Source of the DNA: Camelus ferus
Taxonomy: Eukaryota
Assembly: GCF_009834535.1 (NCBI RefSeq)
Contig: NC_045697.1
Location: 31,498,001 to 31,562,000, forward strand
Direction of reading: 5' to 3'
DNA length: 64,000 bases
Each line of letters begins with the position of its first letter. Positions within the stretch are counted from its first letter, which is position 1. Below are positions 50,380 to 64,000 of this stretch, piece after piece. The notes under the pieces were generated by a model that ran no database searches, was not told where the DNA came from, and worked only from the letters and a program-made list of their open reading frames with translations. The translations under genes were made by a program, and so were the position numbers.

Positions 50380-52560
50380 CATACACACAAAAGATAACCA
50401 AGAAGAGCAAATAAATCCACCTAAAATACAGGTACATAACAACATCAGCAGGCAGAGAACACTGAGTAACTTGATATTACAGATGCATAGGGAAAAACAG
50501 AGCTGAGTCCAACATAACCAACTCCAGAGCCCACTATGAGAAGAGAGTCCAATGGAGATTTCACAAAAAAAAAAAAAAAAGGAGAGGAAAAATCAGTAAC
50601 GATTTAACAGATAAGCTGTCTCAGAAAGGGAAAGTCTACAGTGAGTTGGGAGACATTAAGAACAGAATTGATACCTGATGAATCAAAGGACCAGCTTCCG
50701 GGGAATCTAAAGGCAAATCTTTGAAAGTGCACAAGAAAAGGAATGGCATGTTGCTTGGATTAAGGGGACATGACTTGGGTCAAGTAGCCCTTGGATATGT
50801 AAAATAAGGTAATAAAAAAGTAGAAATTATGAGTTCTGAAGAAAGAAAATTCAATCTCAAAATCAAAAGATATACCAGCTATCCCAGAAAGGTGTTGTTA
50901 AATAAAACAAACTGCAGCAATAAAAAGCTGGTGAACAACTGTCTAAGGTTGGGTTTTCTGGAACAAATGGCTAAAATGGAAATCCCTGTGCAAGTGAGAT
51001 ATTAAATGAGTGGTCTTGGGATAAACTGGGAGAAAGAAGACATTAGGGAAATGAAAGAAGACAGGAAGAAAGCATAATAGGGAAGGGGAAGATGCTAAGC
51101 AAGGCTGTAGTTTGAGGTCATGTACAGATTTATCCTTTCTGCAGGAACTCTGGAGCATAAATTGAACCATAGACTTCATTGCACCTTAAGGCAAGGTAGC
51201 TGGTTTTCTGCAGGTCTGCACAGATGGGTCATGGGGGAAACTAACTCCTAGGCACAGCCAAGTGATGCAGCTCCAATTGTCCAAGAACAATCCTCTGGAG
51301 AGATTTCAAAGTATGAAACATTAGCGGCAATAGCCATAGCACCTCGGGAACGAAACATCCAATCAGCAAAAGAGATACTGGGGTATCTGAGCAGAGTACC
51401 GATAATGTCTGTCTGCTGCAGCCACTAAAACACCTTGCCAGTCTCTACATAAAACTCTATTGAGGCATTTAATCAGAAACAGAAAGTACCAAACTGATAA
51501 AAGAAGGATGACCAAAATATTTCGGCTGATGAAAATTCTCTTTACCAAAAACAGCAGTGGAAGGAAACCATGATACAGGACTTCAAGAGAATTAAATATC
51601 TTTAATCAGGTACCTACAGATGTGAAAAAGTAACTGAAGAAGCTTCTCTTCATAACAAAAGTAGAAAGAAATAGAAAAATGTGAAATGAGAATTGATATA
51701 ACTCAGAAAAGAAATAGAGAAAGAGAAAAAGTAACTTTAGAAAGGAAGATTAAGTTATAAGGTGCCAAGGCAAAATAGGTTTGACAGAAAATATAATGAG
51801 TCATTGAAAGAACACATGGAAATATCTCTGAGTACAAAATGAAATAAATAAAAAGATTAAAAGTTTCAGACAAGGCAATTGATGTAGATAATGAGAAAGA
51901 TGGTTCATTGCACATATAATTTGAATCCTTGAAAAAGCAAAGATAATGGAATAGATGTAATATTTAAAACTTGAGTTCACAAAAAACTTTCTGGAAATAA
52001 ATGACTCAAGTTAAGTATTGAAAAGATCACCATGTGTCTAGAAAAAATGTCCTGGAACAGTAAACTATAAGACACAGGCTAATAAAATTACTAGACATTA
52101 AACAATAAAGAAAAAACATAGACCAGGTTACAAAGGGAAGAATCCTGTATTTTCCTCAACTTCTCAATCACACATTATAAGTAAATACATTATCAGCCAA
52201 GAATTTTACTGTAGGCTAAGTTGTTCTTAAAGTACTAAGTTTTGTAGAAAAAATAGTTTTAAGTATTTAAGAGCTCAAAGAATACTGTATTCAAGAGGTA
52301 TTCAGGAGGAATCTGTTAGAGGGGAAGCTTTATCTGAATAAGAAATTGGTAAACACTACAAAAAAGATGAACAAGTAAATTTGTTTGAACAAACTTGAAC
52401 AAATGTAGATACAACTTAAGGTAGCATGTTACAATTTTAACATCACAAAATATCAGATTAATAAAGATTTGCTTGTTTGAATTGTTTTTCTCCCTAGAAC
52501 TAGACAAATTTCTTCTAAAAATTAAAAAAAAAAAATTAGCATGCTAGTACAATACAAAAG
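50380..52560 (+). mobile_element. HAL1/old L1 ORF1-type fossil, interrupted by an LTR
   Basis: A-rich strand with ORF1-like phrases (aactttctggaaataaa...attgaaaagatcaccatgtgt; tatcagccaagaatttta). Confidence 0.55.
50940..51420 (-). mobile_element. LTR16-type ERVL solo LTR
   Basis: tgtctaaggttgggtttt...gtgcaagtga...gaactctggagcataaatt...caatcctctggaga...tatctgagcagagtacc...ctgca. Confidence 0.7.
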
Positions 52561-52679
52561 AAACTGGTGGGAAAAAAAGAGCATTGAAAGAGCCCTTTCA
52601 ATAGCACTACTGGATTTTGAACATAACACAAGCTTTAGTTAAAAGAAAATGAGGGGTGGGCCCCTGAGTATAGAGGTGG

Positions 52680-53065
52680 ATTCTTGGAACAGGAAAAAAG
52701 TTTAGACATAGAACTTAGTTCATATAGAAGTTTAGTATATGCGAAGAGTGATCTTCAAAACACTAGAGAAAAGATAGACTTTTAAATAACTTATCAGTAA
52801 TCTGGATAGGCATCTGGAAAAAGTTAAAAATACACCTGTACCTCACAAAACTTTAAAAACTAAGAATAGATTCAGAATGATGAGATTGAAATATGAAAAT
52901 AAAACCATATACATTCTTGAAGAAATTATAAATAATTTCATTTATAACCTAGTATGCAATAAAGAAAAATAATAAATTTGACTACCCCCAAATGGAAAAA
53001 CATATCATATGCAAAGTCAACAAATAATTAATAACATACTGGAGACGTATATTTGGAATATATAT
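52680..53065 (+). mobile_element. L1ME-type ORF2 3' fossil (appears to continue at ~54940-55450 and ~55640-55930)
   Basis: catctggaaaaagttaaaa...gtacctcaca...aaaaccata...ttgaagaaa; after the insertion, tctcatctgttagag...aggaaacaggcac. Confidence 0.55.
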
Positions 53066-54935
53066 TTCCCAGTTTAGGGAAATTTTCAGCTATTATTTCT
53101 TCTAATGTTTTCTGCCCCTTTCTGTCTCTCTTCTCCCTCTAGGACCCCTATAATGTGAATGTTAGTATGGTTGATGTTTCCTGGAGGTCTCTTAAGCTGT
53201 CCTTATTTCACTGAATTATTTTTCCTTTTTTCTGTTGAAAGCCAGTGATTTTTCAGTACTTTTGTCTTCCAGCTTGCTGGTTCATTCTTCGGTATTATTT
53301 AATATCTGTCAATCCCTTCTAGTGTATTTTTTATTTCAGTTATTATATTCTTCATCTCTGTTTGGTTCTTCTTTATATTTCCTTTTTTGTTTAGTTTTGT
53401 TAGAAACTTCTAGTTCCTCATTCCTTTCATCCATTCTTCTCTTGAGTTCTTTGGGCATTTTTATGATTATTATCTTGAACTCTTTATCTAGTAGATTTCT
53501 TAACTTCACTTTGTTCTTCTGAGAGTTTATCTTGTTCCTTCATTTGGAATATATTTCTTTGTCACCTCATTTTGCCCAGTTTTCTGTTTTTATTTTTATG
53601 TATTTGGCAGATACAGAAGTGGCCTTATTTAGGAAACATCCTATGGGGCTCAGTAGCGCATTGCCCTCTGGTCACCAGAGCTATGTTTTAGGTGTGCTGT
53701 CTAAGTGGACTGCATGAGCCCTCTGTTTGTGGGGGGTAGGGGGCTGACTACTGTGGGTTTGCTGGTAGGCATGGATGATCCCTGGTCCAGTGGATTACCA
53801 GGCCTGACTTGGGACTGGCTATAGGACCGGGGACCCCAGTACCAGTGTTGGCCTGCTGGTGGACAGGGCCAGAGCCCAGGATGATCTGTGTGGTGCAGGT
53901 CTGCTGGTGAGTGGGCCAGGTCTTGACACAGCTGGCTGTGGGGCTGTGGTGGTACCAAAGCTGATATTGGCCCACAGGTGTGTGGGACCAGAGCCAATGA
54001 GATCTCAGGGCTAGTGACAGCCCACTGGAGAGCAGAGCCAAGCCCCAGGTCTCTGACTGCAGGGCCGGAGAATTTTGGTCTTGGTGCCAATCAACTGGTG
54101 TGTGGGGCTGTGGCCCAGCAGGTCCTGGGGCCGATGCCAGCTCACTGGTAAGCAGGAAAAGGTCGGGTGTAACTGTGGACTCAGGGGTTCTTATGGCAGC
54201 AGATCTGCTGGTGGGTGAGGCTGCATCCTTCCCAGCTACCTGGGGTGTCCCAGGACTGGTGCCAACTGGCTGGAGGTAGGGCAGTGTCCAGGTGCTAATA
54301 AGATAGATGGAGAATTCCAAAATGACACTTGCCAGCACCAGTGTCCTTTTGGTAAAATGAGCTCCCCCAAATGACTTCTATCAGTGTGTAAGTCCCCAGA
54401 GTGAGTCCCAGTTGCCTTCTGCCTCTCAGGGAGACTCCAAGATCAGCAAGTGGGTCTGAGCCAAGCTTCTTTCAAATTACTACTTCTGCACTCTGTCCCA
54501 GAGCATGTGAGAGTTAAGATGCACCCCTTAAAAGCGGACTCTTTATTTCCGGCTACCCTCTGGCTCTCCCCCAAAGCAAGTCCCACTGGCCTTCAAAGCC
54601 AAACATTCTGGGGGCTCATCTTCCCAGTGCAGGACCCCCAGGCTGAGGAGCCCAGTGTGAGGCTCAGACCCCTTGCTCTTTGAGGAGAGCCCCTGCAAAT
54701 GTACTTATCCTCTTGTTTGTGGACCCAGGGATATGAGTCTTGACTATATCATGTTTCCACCTCTTCTTAACCATCTCATTATGGTTCTTTCTTTATATCT
54801 TTAGCTGTGGAAAATCTTTTCTGCTTGTCTTCCGGTTGTTCTCATTGATAGAATGTTGCTCTGTAAATAGTTGTCACTTTGGTGTGCTAGTTAAAGAGGT
54901 AATTTCAAGGTCTCCCTACTCCACCATCTTGGCAA
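53066..54935 (-). mobile_element. L1 (L1M2/M3-type) 5'UTR plus start of ORF1, 3' end absent
   Basis: Minus strand begins gccaagatggtggagtagggagacc (L1 5' terminus, YY1-type CAAGATGG at ~54924-54931). GC-rich repetitive 5'UTR at 53640-54720, then ORF1 text up to gaaataatagctgaaaatttccctaa. Confidence 0.85.
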
Positions 54936-55537
54936 CACTTCTTTTAATATGTTTGTAAAAATTCTTAAGTCATATGTACAAAAGACCCTTATGCAATCAA
55001 CCAAACAAAAATACACTCAGTTTCTCTTAAAATAAGAGAAACACACAACTAAATTACACTGTGAGATTGTCTCTCATCTGTTAGAGTGACAACACACTGT
55101 GCATGGCCCTGTGAGGAAACAGGCACCCCCTTACATTGCTGGCATTTGAAAATGCTGTCCCTCTTTGGAGAGGCATTTAGTAGTACACAACACAAGTACA
55201 TACACATTTACCCATTCACTCAGCAATTATGCTTCTAAATGTGAATTCCATCAGTGTAAAGCAAGAAAACAAACAAACAAAAATTATAAAACAGAAACAA
55301 CAAAACCCCCAATTATGCATAATATTAATTATCTTGAAGACATGTAAAAGGATACCGTGAGTATTCTTAATTCTCATCCAGAAATTGGGTGACTAATCTA
55401 TGGTACCGCCCCAATGGAGTATCATGTATCTTTTATAAAGAACAAGAAATATTACTATCATATGTGTGTGTATGTGTGTGTGTAGAGAGAGAGGATTTAA
55501 TGCTTTAGGAGTGAAGTATAATGAGGTTGGCATAATG

Positions 55538-55570
55538 AGATAGAGATAGATAGATGGATAGATAGACAGG
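55538..55570. repeat. Imperfect (GATA)n microsatellite
   Basis: Read directly from the sequence. Confidence 0.8.
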
Positions 55571-56190
55571 TAAATAAATAGCTACATAAATAAATAGCTC
55601 TATACATCTAGATCTATATTTACTTTTTTATACCTAGAAAAAGGGTTAATAAACGGGCAAAACATAAGCAATTGGTGAGTCAGATTGAAGGATATAAGTG
55701 TGTCATTTGTATTTAGCTTAAATCATACGAAACTGCAGATATGTGAGCATTTTTAACCTATATAAATAGCAGTTTCATGATGATCAGCTTAATACAAAGA
55801 CCATTCCTAGACTCTTCATAGTGTTTTTGTAAATTAAAAAGTGAATTGTCAGTAGTTTTATATGCTTCCGCCTACACTATCTTTCAATTATTTTCTGAAA
55901 GTATAAAATGTTTCAAATAAAATGTTGCAAAAATGAACAAAGTACACTCTTCTCCTAAAATCTTAATGTACTTAATGTACTTAAATCTATAGGAGAGAAA
56001 TAAAGAGGAAAAGAAAATAGGATTTCTTAAGCTATGTCCTAGGAGTCAGTCTAACACTCACCTTTATATGTGAGGAAACTGATTCAAAGAAATTAAAGTA
56101 CTCTGATAAGTTTCCATAGTCTGAAAAGTTTCCATAGTCTGAAAAGCTAGTCAGCGACAGGAAACTGTTCCTATCATATCGTTGTCTTCA

Positions 56191-56226
56191 TTTGTTTTTT
56201 GTTTGTTTGTTTGTTTGTTTGTTTTT
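56191..56226. repeat. (TTTG)n microsatellite
   Basis: Read directly from the sequence. Confidence 0.9.
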
Positions 56227-57829
56227 AAGTGCAGATTGGAAATTAAAGTGGTTGACAATAAAAATGTAAAACTGAAACAACCTTGGTGAATTTCTGAATT
56301 GTCACCTGAAACCTAATGCTTATCTCTGGTAATAGAATAACTTTTATAAATGCTTTTTAAGGTTATTTTATGTAATTCAATTTTAAATCTGTTGATCTTG
56401 TGTTCAGTATATTTCTAATATTTAAAGCAATGTTTTGAGTTTATGAGGATGCCATCTAAAGTCCTTTAGCGATGAGCTGTTCTGGGTGAAAAGTCCTCTG
56501 GTACTTGCTGGCACTCTGCATTCCCAGCCCCTCTTCCCTGCTTTTAATACCTAGAATTCTCAAGATACACTTTATGGGCCTCCAGTCTGAGAAAGGCAGT
56601 CTGCTGATAAAACACGCAGTGTCATTTACCATCTGGATACTCTTTCATGACTTACAAAGTGTATGGTTGCTTTTGTCATCAACCAATTTTTCAGTGTTAA
56701 AAGAAGATCTTGTACTAACATATTTTTAAAAAGCTGCCATTCATACAGAATCTAAAGTGTCAAACAAAGTATATATATTCCAAGTTATTTACCAAAACTA
56801 TATAGTTTTAAGATTCTGGAAAGCTCTCTCTTTGTGTATGGGTGGCTAACACATAGGTGGTGTAGTAGGAAAGAGAACAGAAAGAGGAAACCAAGTCATA
56901 CCACCCTTAACAGGCTTTTCAGCACTTTCCTCCAAGACTGGGAGTAATAGAATCTAATAAAATACCTGTAAGTTTATTAAAATTCTTAATTAGGTAAAAC
57001 CCTTCCTTTTTAAAGTTATTTATATTTAAACAGCAGAGGGCATTATAAAAGAGCTATTTTTGAATCCAGTAAGATTCATAATAAGTCTGGTGCCTCTTTA
57101 AGTTGAAAATTAAGTTGAGCACATTGAAAATTTGAGATTGGTGTGTTAATGTAGTATCAGCCACCATGAGAACCCATGATGCAGAAAGGCAGGTGAACGT
57201 CAACATTGAGAAGAAACAACTTTGCATGAAAACTTAAAGAACTAACTGCATGTAAACATGGAGAAAGTGTGGTAGAACGAAGCACAGAAATCCAGAGGAT
57301 TATATTCTTGAAAAGAAATGCACTCAGAATTTCTTTTAGTAGAAGGGATGCGGAGGAATTGAATTGAAAGCCACTTGGATAATAACATAAATGATAATAC
57401 TTGACATATCAAGCCACTCTAAGGAAACAACTATTCTAAGATAAATTATGGATTAATGAAAAGGTGACCATTTAATTTCATTCAAGTGGCCAGGGTTAAA
57501 TAGCATTCAAGTTTTTGGGCTATGTGAACTCCACGTGCAATTCCTTTTTCTCTTACTAAAACTCCCTTCTCTTAAAATACAGGATTCTTCTAAAGAGGCT
57601 TTGGGGATAACATGGTTAGTTGCACATATAGCTTCTGTATCTAAAGTATTTTTGGCTTTTCTGAAGCTCTGTTTTGTTGTTGTTTGTGTTTATTTTCTTG
57701 CTTTCGTGGGCTAACCCGTTGTTGTCTGCCAGGACCAAATTATCTTGGGTGTTAACAGCACTCCCTTGCATGACTCATTTTGACTGCAGTATCCAAATCA
57801 TTCTCATTTATCAGGGATGCTCCTTCTGG

Positions 57830-57898
57830 CTTGCCATGGCTATGACTAAATCCGAAAGCATTACTTGCCGTGGCTATGACTAAGTCCTAAAGCATTAC
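57830..57898. repeat. 34-bp tandem duplication (3 mismatches)
   Basis: cttgccatggctatgactaaatccgaaagcatta (57830-57863) vs cttgccgtggctatgactaagtcctaaagcatta (57864-57897). Confidence 0.92.
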
Positions 57899-60800
57899 AT
57901 ATGCAAGACTTTAACTTTTCATGTCACGCATTAATATTATTATCAGGAGTAGAAATGTACTTGTTTTTAAAGAAACATCACAGCAAACACGATTTTTGTT
58001 TCTCCTCTTTTATTTCCATTGAGTAGGAGATGATCAGCTCCAGAGTCAGCAGCCATCCAAGACTGTCAAGAGGGCCTGACTGGGCTCCAGTTTTAGGTTC
58101 CTTCTTGCGGCATCTCTTGTACTTGCCTCCTGGACCACCTAACAGTGCTCTTTCCTCATATTATCAGCCCTGTTCAGTGCTCTTTTTCTCTTTGTCTCTA
58201 ACAGGACAATTGCTATTCAGCAGTAAGGACAGCTTACATCACATGATTCATTATTATATCCATAGAGGAGATAACATAGAAGTGTTAATTAATTGGTTCA
58301 TGACTGTGACAATGAAAGACTTTTTTAGTAAATTAAACATTTTAGTACCTTCATATAAAACATTTGATTAGATCCACACTTTTGAAAATGATAAGGTAGT
58401 CACATTTTTTAAGAATCCAGAAAGGTATCTTCCTTGCTTTTGTTTTTTATTTCCCTTTATTTCCTGAATATGTCTAACTTTTTTTTTTTAAAAGTTACAT
58501 TTTCCTTGTGTCACATGGATATTCTTATTAGAACTTATAATGAAATATCTCTTCAGCTTTGTAACTGAAGGAGCTTGAAGCAATTTAGCAGTGTGCCCAA
58601 TTTCCATTAAGTTGTCTTGCTCACAGCTTTAACACAAACAGAGTAACATATTTCCCTCAAGCAATTTGAATAAGTTTTCTTCAATTTACAGCTTCAAAAA
58701 GCTGTATATGAAATTCATATATGACCTGCTTGTTAGTCTTCCGTAAATCCAGAGTTTTCTAAACCATTTCAATTTTATTTTATTTGACAACTAAATTTCA
58801 TTTGAATCTTAAAAGGTGTTGGTGAGGCTATTTTTCAAAAAGTTTATGCATGCAAAGATATTATCATTATTCACATTAAGGAAACAAGTTCATCAAAACA
58901 CCATCATCTTTGTCTCTAATATAATTACAAAAAAGAAGCAACTCTTCATACTGTTTTTCTTTCATAAAAGAGAATTCTAAGGAAATAAAATTTGAGTTGG
59001 TATATATTAATAAAAACGTATCCATAAGTGATTTTAAAGTTGTATGTTCAGATATGAAGATTTGGTTAAATTATATGTAAAACTTGTATATTTGCTTAAC
59101 TACCACTTTAAAAAATCACTTAAGCATGCTTATTAAATTCCCCCTATGCAAATCATAAAACTCTTAATTCTTATAAGAGTAAGTTTTTCTGGCAACTAAA
59201 AAAAAAAATCTAGACACTTTCATGTTTTAGTATTTATTTATTTTAAAGCACAGTGTCCTGAAATATGAAAATTATAATTTACTTTGTGACATTACTTACA
59301 TAATCTATCAATTTATTAGACATTCATCCTTTAAAATTGAATTAAATATTTATAGCATACTTGGTTCAAAATATTTTACAAATATATATAAGTAAACTTT
59401 CCTTGGAAAAATATTAGGGTAATATGAAGTATAAATAAAACTTATTTGGAAAAATACAGTAAATGCTTCAATAGGCCAAATAGTTGAATAGTTTGCACAT
59501 AGATGCTTTTGTCCTTTAACATTTTTCCTTTTACTTTCCCCAGTAAGTCAGCTGCTGGTCCTAGTTTAAGACTGAAATAAGCAATCTCCTAGGAGTTCTG
59601 AGCTATTGAGCTGTATGAATCTTAATTATACAAATATCTGAAAACTCAGGCAAACTTTCTCCTTTCCCTACTTGCTGACCTGTAAGGATAGATGACTTTG
59701 AAATGCTGGCCATTGTTGCCTTCCTTTCCAGCCAATTAAGTGCAGCACCTTTGTTAAAATAACACATTTCCCAACCTTGGACTATTTGATAAATCTCTTC
59801 AAATTATACAGTTAGAGGATTTTTCAAGAATAGCATAGAGTTTCTTAGTATAGAGTTTCAAGATGTTGAATAAATCTCAGCATCTACCTTTTTAAATAGT
59901 TGGATTTGAAAAAGCAAAAATGCTACAAGCTATGAGGCTGAAATAGAATCTGCGATAAAGTGAGACAGAGGGCAGAGACAGGCACAGCATTCTGACCCTC
60001 CAGGTAAGGTTTCCTCGGCTTGCGATCTAAGTTTTTTTGTTTTTGTTATTTTTTTTCTAATTATGGAGTTATACCAAGATATGCAAGGGGTTGATGAGAT
60101 ATGAAAATTAGTATATTTGAAATTCCTTGTAACATTTTGCAAGTTTCTCTGAGTCAGGTTTAGCCAGTATATGGCCTGTCTTCTATGATATGGAAAATTT
60201 CGTGTGGACAATTCAGATTTTATGAATTTTAAAGAATGATCGCTTCAACAAAATAAACTATTTTTATTCAAAAGAAAAATTGGCAAAGCTTTAGACCAGA
60301 CTTTGAAGCTCAAAATTTGCCATAGCATCACAATTAACTCTGTCTCTCAAGGGACAGTGACAACTTTGGCTGCCTTCTAGGCTGGATAGAGTGGAGTTGG
60401 TCAAAAAGCAGTATGACTCTGTAAATGAGTATGAGAATAAAAGGAAAGCATTAAAGTACAGAGAAAGAATGTATCAGAAAATCTCTCTCTTTCTCTTTCT
60501 CATATCTAAATACAAAAACTCTTTTCAAATATCATCTTTCTCCCATTCTGACTTTCTCAAACTTACATTGAGGTTAGTTGCCACGAAAATATTTTCTTAA
60601 TATTTGTTATAAGTTAACCTTCAGACAAAGTTTTTAGCAGTTAGAGATGTGAGGAAGGAAGCGTAAAACTCAAGGAGCCAAAGTTTTGACAAATATATTT
60701 TATGAAGTATGTGCTTTAATTATCACCATTTCATCCAACTCTTGAGTTTGCAAGAAATATCATGGATGTTTTTACCCCTGGAAAAGCAGAGTGCAACTGG

Positions 60801-62187
60801 GAATTAGCTAAATATTTGCCAGTCAGATTATTTTATTCATTTTTGGCACTGAGATATTGTTGAAATTTATCAAAATATCAGTACAAGTTACTCTTTTGTA
60901 GTGGAGTTGAGGATGCAAAAGAGGAAGTAGAAGGAAAGAAAATAGTTGGAAGAAGATCTTAAAAATATGAGGTTGTTACAGAGAAAATCTTTCAATTACT
61001 TCTTCTAATGATTAAAAATGGTAAAACAAAATTAGGAATTTAAGTTTGAGACTAGGCAACATTGAATGTTTTTACAGACTAGAATAAGATGCTAAGATAG
61101 AGTTTAAAGTCCCTTTCTGGGGATCCTTTAAGAGTGAAAAAGATTATCATGCACCTATTTTAGAAATAATTTTTCCTTAGATGTAAGAGATAGTCTAAAT
61201 AACTTCTCAAGTTCCTTTTGTTCCAATCTTTAAGTAATTATTTAAATGAAATCAAGAATTAAATGCCTGTTTTGACTTGCAGTGTCTTACTGCACTGCCC
61301 TGGGCTTTGTAGATTAATATCTATGAGTACTAATCTATTTTAACTAGGTGGGAACAGAAGAAATGAGTTGCAAAACATGTAAATGAGATGAAAGATCTCA
61401 ATATATCTTGCATGGTTCCAAGACCCAGAGGTCAAAATCCAGGAGGAGGAGGAGTGAAGTGGAGGAGAATGAAAAGGAGGAGTGTCATTCAGAGTTTAGT
61501 TTTAATGATGATGCAGTGGATGAGGGACCAAACTTAATTTCACAGTGTATGTGATGAGAATATACTTTGGTTGAGAAACTTCCTTTCTATGGGTCTTTAT
61601 AATTGAACAAAGTTACATATCATCTGAATAAAAATTTTATTTCCTTATTATGAACTAACAATCATAAAAATCACCATTTCCAATCATAAAAATCACCTGA
61701 AAAGCAGTGATAATTAATTGAAACTGTAGTCCTTACAAATGAGTATCACTGACTCTGATGCAAATCCTTCATATTATCAAGTGTATTTTTTAAGAAGTAC
61801 AAGATTTTGAGATTCTTCTTTAGCCATCACCTGTATCATAGGCTGGTCTTAAAAGAAGAACGAAACTTCAGTTTTTGAAGCTAGATCATTAATAGACTCA
61901 TTAATTGATTTATAATATCACACTGATAAAACAAAGTTGGTAATATTTCACAATTTGATTCCTGAATTCATTTTTCTTCAAATCAACCTGATTTCATTAT
62001 TTTTACTATGTGAATAGTTATGATAAATTATAATAAAAAATGAATAACTGAATTTGAGAAGAGAGGTTGTAGAGAGGGAAATCCGTGCAGATAGAATATC
62101 AACTGATTTACATTTTTTCTTATTAAATTCAGCTTGGTTCACTCTTTGTATGTGTGTTTTAGGCATACAAATGTACATTTTTTCATT

Positions 62188-64000
62188 AAAATAAATCTTG
62201 GAATAAATCTGACCAAGGAAGTGAAAGATTTATACGCAGAGAACTACAAAACATTGACTAAGGAAATTAAAGATGACTTAAAGAAATGGAAAGATACCCC
62301 ATGTTCTCAGATTAGAAGAGTTAATATTGTTAAAATGGCCATACTACCCAAAGCAATCTAAAGATTTAATATGATTCCTATCAGATTACCAGGACATTTT
62401 TCACAGAACTAGAACAAATAATCCTAAAATTTATATGGAATCACAAAATACCCAGAATTGCCAAAGCAATACTGAAGTAAGAATGAAGCTGGAGGACTAA
62501 CTTTCCCAGACTTCAGACAATACAACACAACTACAGTAAACAAACAGCAAGGGATTGGTATAAAAATAGGCATATGGATCACTGGAACAGAATAGAGAGC
62601 CCAGGTTTGGTCAGTTAATCTTTGACAAAGGAGGCAAGAACATACAATAGAGTAAAGACAGTCTTCAGCAAATAGTGTTGGAATAACTGGACAGCTGCAT
62701 GTAAATCAGTGAAGCTAGAACACTCCCTCACACCATACACAAAAATAAACTCAAAATGGCTTAAAGACTTAAACATAAGACAAGACACTATAGACCTCTT
62801 AGAAGAAACCTTAGGCAAAACATTATCTGACATAAATCTCAGCAATGTTCTCCTAGGGCAGTCTACCCAGGCAATAGAAATAAAAGCAAAAATTAACAAA
62901 TGGGACCTAATTAAACTTATAAACTTTTGCACAGCAAAGGAAACCATAAACAAAACAAAAAGACAATCTATGGAATGGGAGAAAACATTTGTTAAAAGAT
63001 GAGACTGACAAGGGCTTAATTTCCAGAATATATAAACAGCTCATACAACTTAATAAGAAAAAAACAAACAACCCAATCCAAACATGGGCAGAAGACCTAA
63101 ACAAGCAATTCTCCAATGAAGACATGCAAATGACCAAAAGACACATGAAAAAATGCTCAATACTGCTAGTTATCAGAGAAATGCAAATCAAAACTACAAT
63201 GAGATATCAACTCACACAAGTCAGAATGGCCGTCATTCAAAAGTCCACAAATGATAAAAGCGGGAGAGGCTGTGGAGAAAAGGGAACCCTCTTACACTGT
63301 TGTGGGAATGTAGTTTGGTGCAGCCATTATGGAAAACAATATAGAGATTCTTCAAAAAACTAAAAATAGACTTTACCATGTGATCTAGCAATCCCACTCC
63401 TCAGCATATATCCAGAGGCAACTCTAATTTGAAAAGGTACATGCACCCAATGTTCATAGCAGCATTATTTACAATAGCCAAGACATGTAAACAACCTAAA
63501 TGTCCATTGACAGATGACTGAATAAAGAAGTTGTAGTATATTTATACAATGGAATACTTCAGCTATAAAAAAAGAATAAAATAATGCCATTTGCAGCAAC
63601 ATGGATGGACCTGGAGATTGTCATTCTAAGTGAATTAAGCCAGAAAGAGAAAGAAAAAATACCATGTGACATCACTCATACGTGGAATCTAAAAAAAAAA
63701 AAAGACAAACAAATTTATTTACAAAACAGTGACAGACTCATAGACACAAAAAACAAACCTGTGGTTACCAGGGGGTAGGGGAAGGGGGTGGGAATGGATA
63801 AATTGAGAGTTTGAGATTTGCAGATACTAACTATTATATATAAAATAGATAAACAACAAGTTCGTACTATATAGCACAGGAAACTATATTCAGTATCTTG
63901 TAGTAACTTATGGTGAAAAAGAATATGAAAATGAATATATGCATATTCATGTATGACTGAAGCATTGTGCTGTACACCAGAAATTGACACATTATAAACT
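62188..64000 (+). mobile_element. 5'-truncated LINE-1, decayed ORF2 3' part and 3'UTR, running off the window
   Basis: Peptides [36 protein letters not shown] and [11 protein letters not shown] are split by stops and frameshifts. 3'UTR continues to the window end, so the TSD cannot be checked. Confidence 0.96.

Noticed and set aside
53701..54338. 196-aa and 129-aa Pro/Ser-rich ORFs
   Set aside because: Stop-poor frames within a GC-rich L1 5'UTR.

Overview
AT-rich mammalian genomic DNA. It is most likely from a camelid (alpaca/llama/camel), because it carries a tRNA-Ala-derived Vic-1-type SINE and cetartiodactyl-type L1 3' ends. I recognise no host protein-coding exon, so the window reads as intergenic or deep-intronic sequence dominated by layered transposable elements. 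The only recognisable protein ORFs are LINE-1 ORF2/ORF1 remnants. Best-supported structures: (1) a young 5'-truncated L1 (7013-9082) with a perfect 17-bp TSD and only one disabling base in 1.74 kb of ORF2; (2) further L1 3' ends, two with clear TSDs; (3) a two-LTR MaLR (MLT1-type) provirus with internal region, polypurine tract and near-intact 5-bp TSD, inserted into a MIR and itself carrying a nested LTR; (4) solo ERV LTRs; (5) hAT and Tigger DNA-transposon relics; (6) many MIR/L2 fossils, microsatellites and short tandem duplications. A non-repetitive segment near 41.0-41.1 kb has a palindromic RFX X-box plus E-boxes and is the best candidate regulatory element. Repeat family names come from recalled consensus sequences, not a database search, and boundaries of old elements are approximate. 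I found no evidence for a new biological system.
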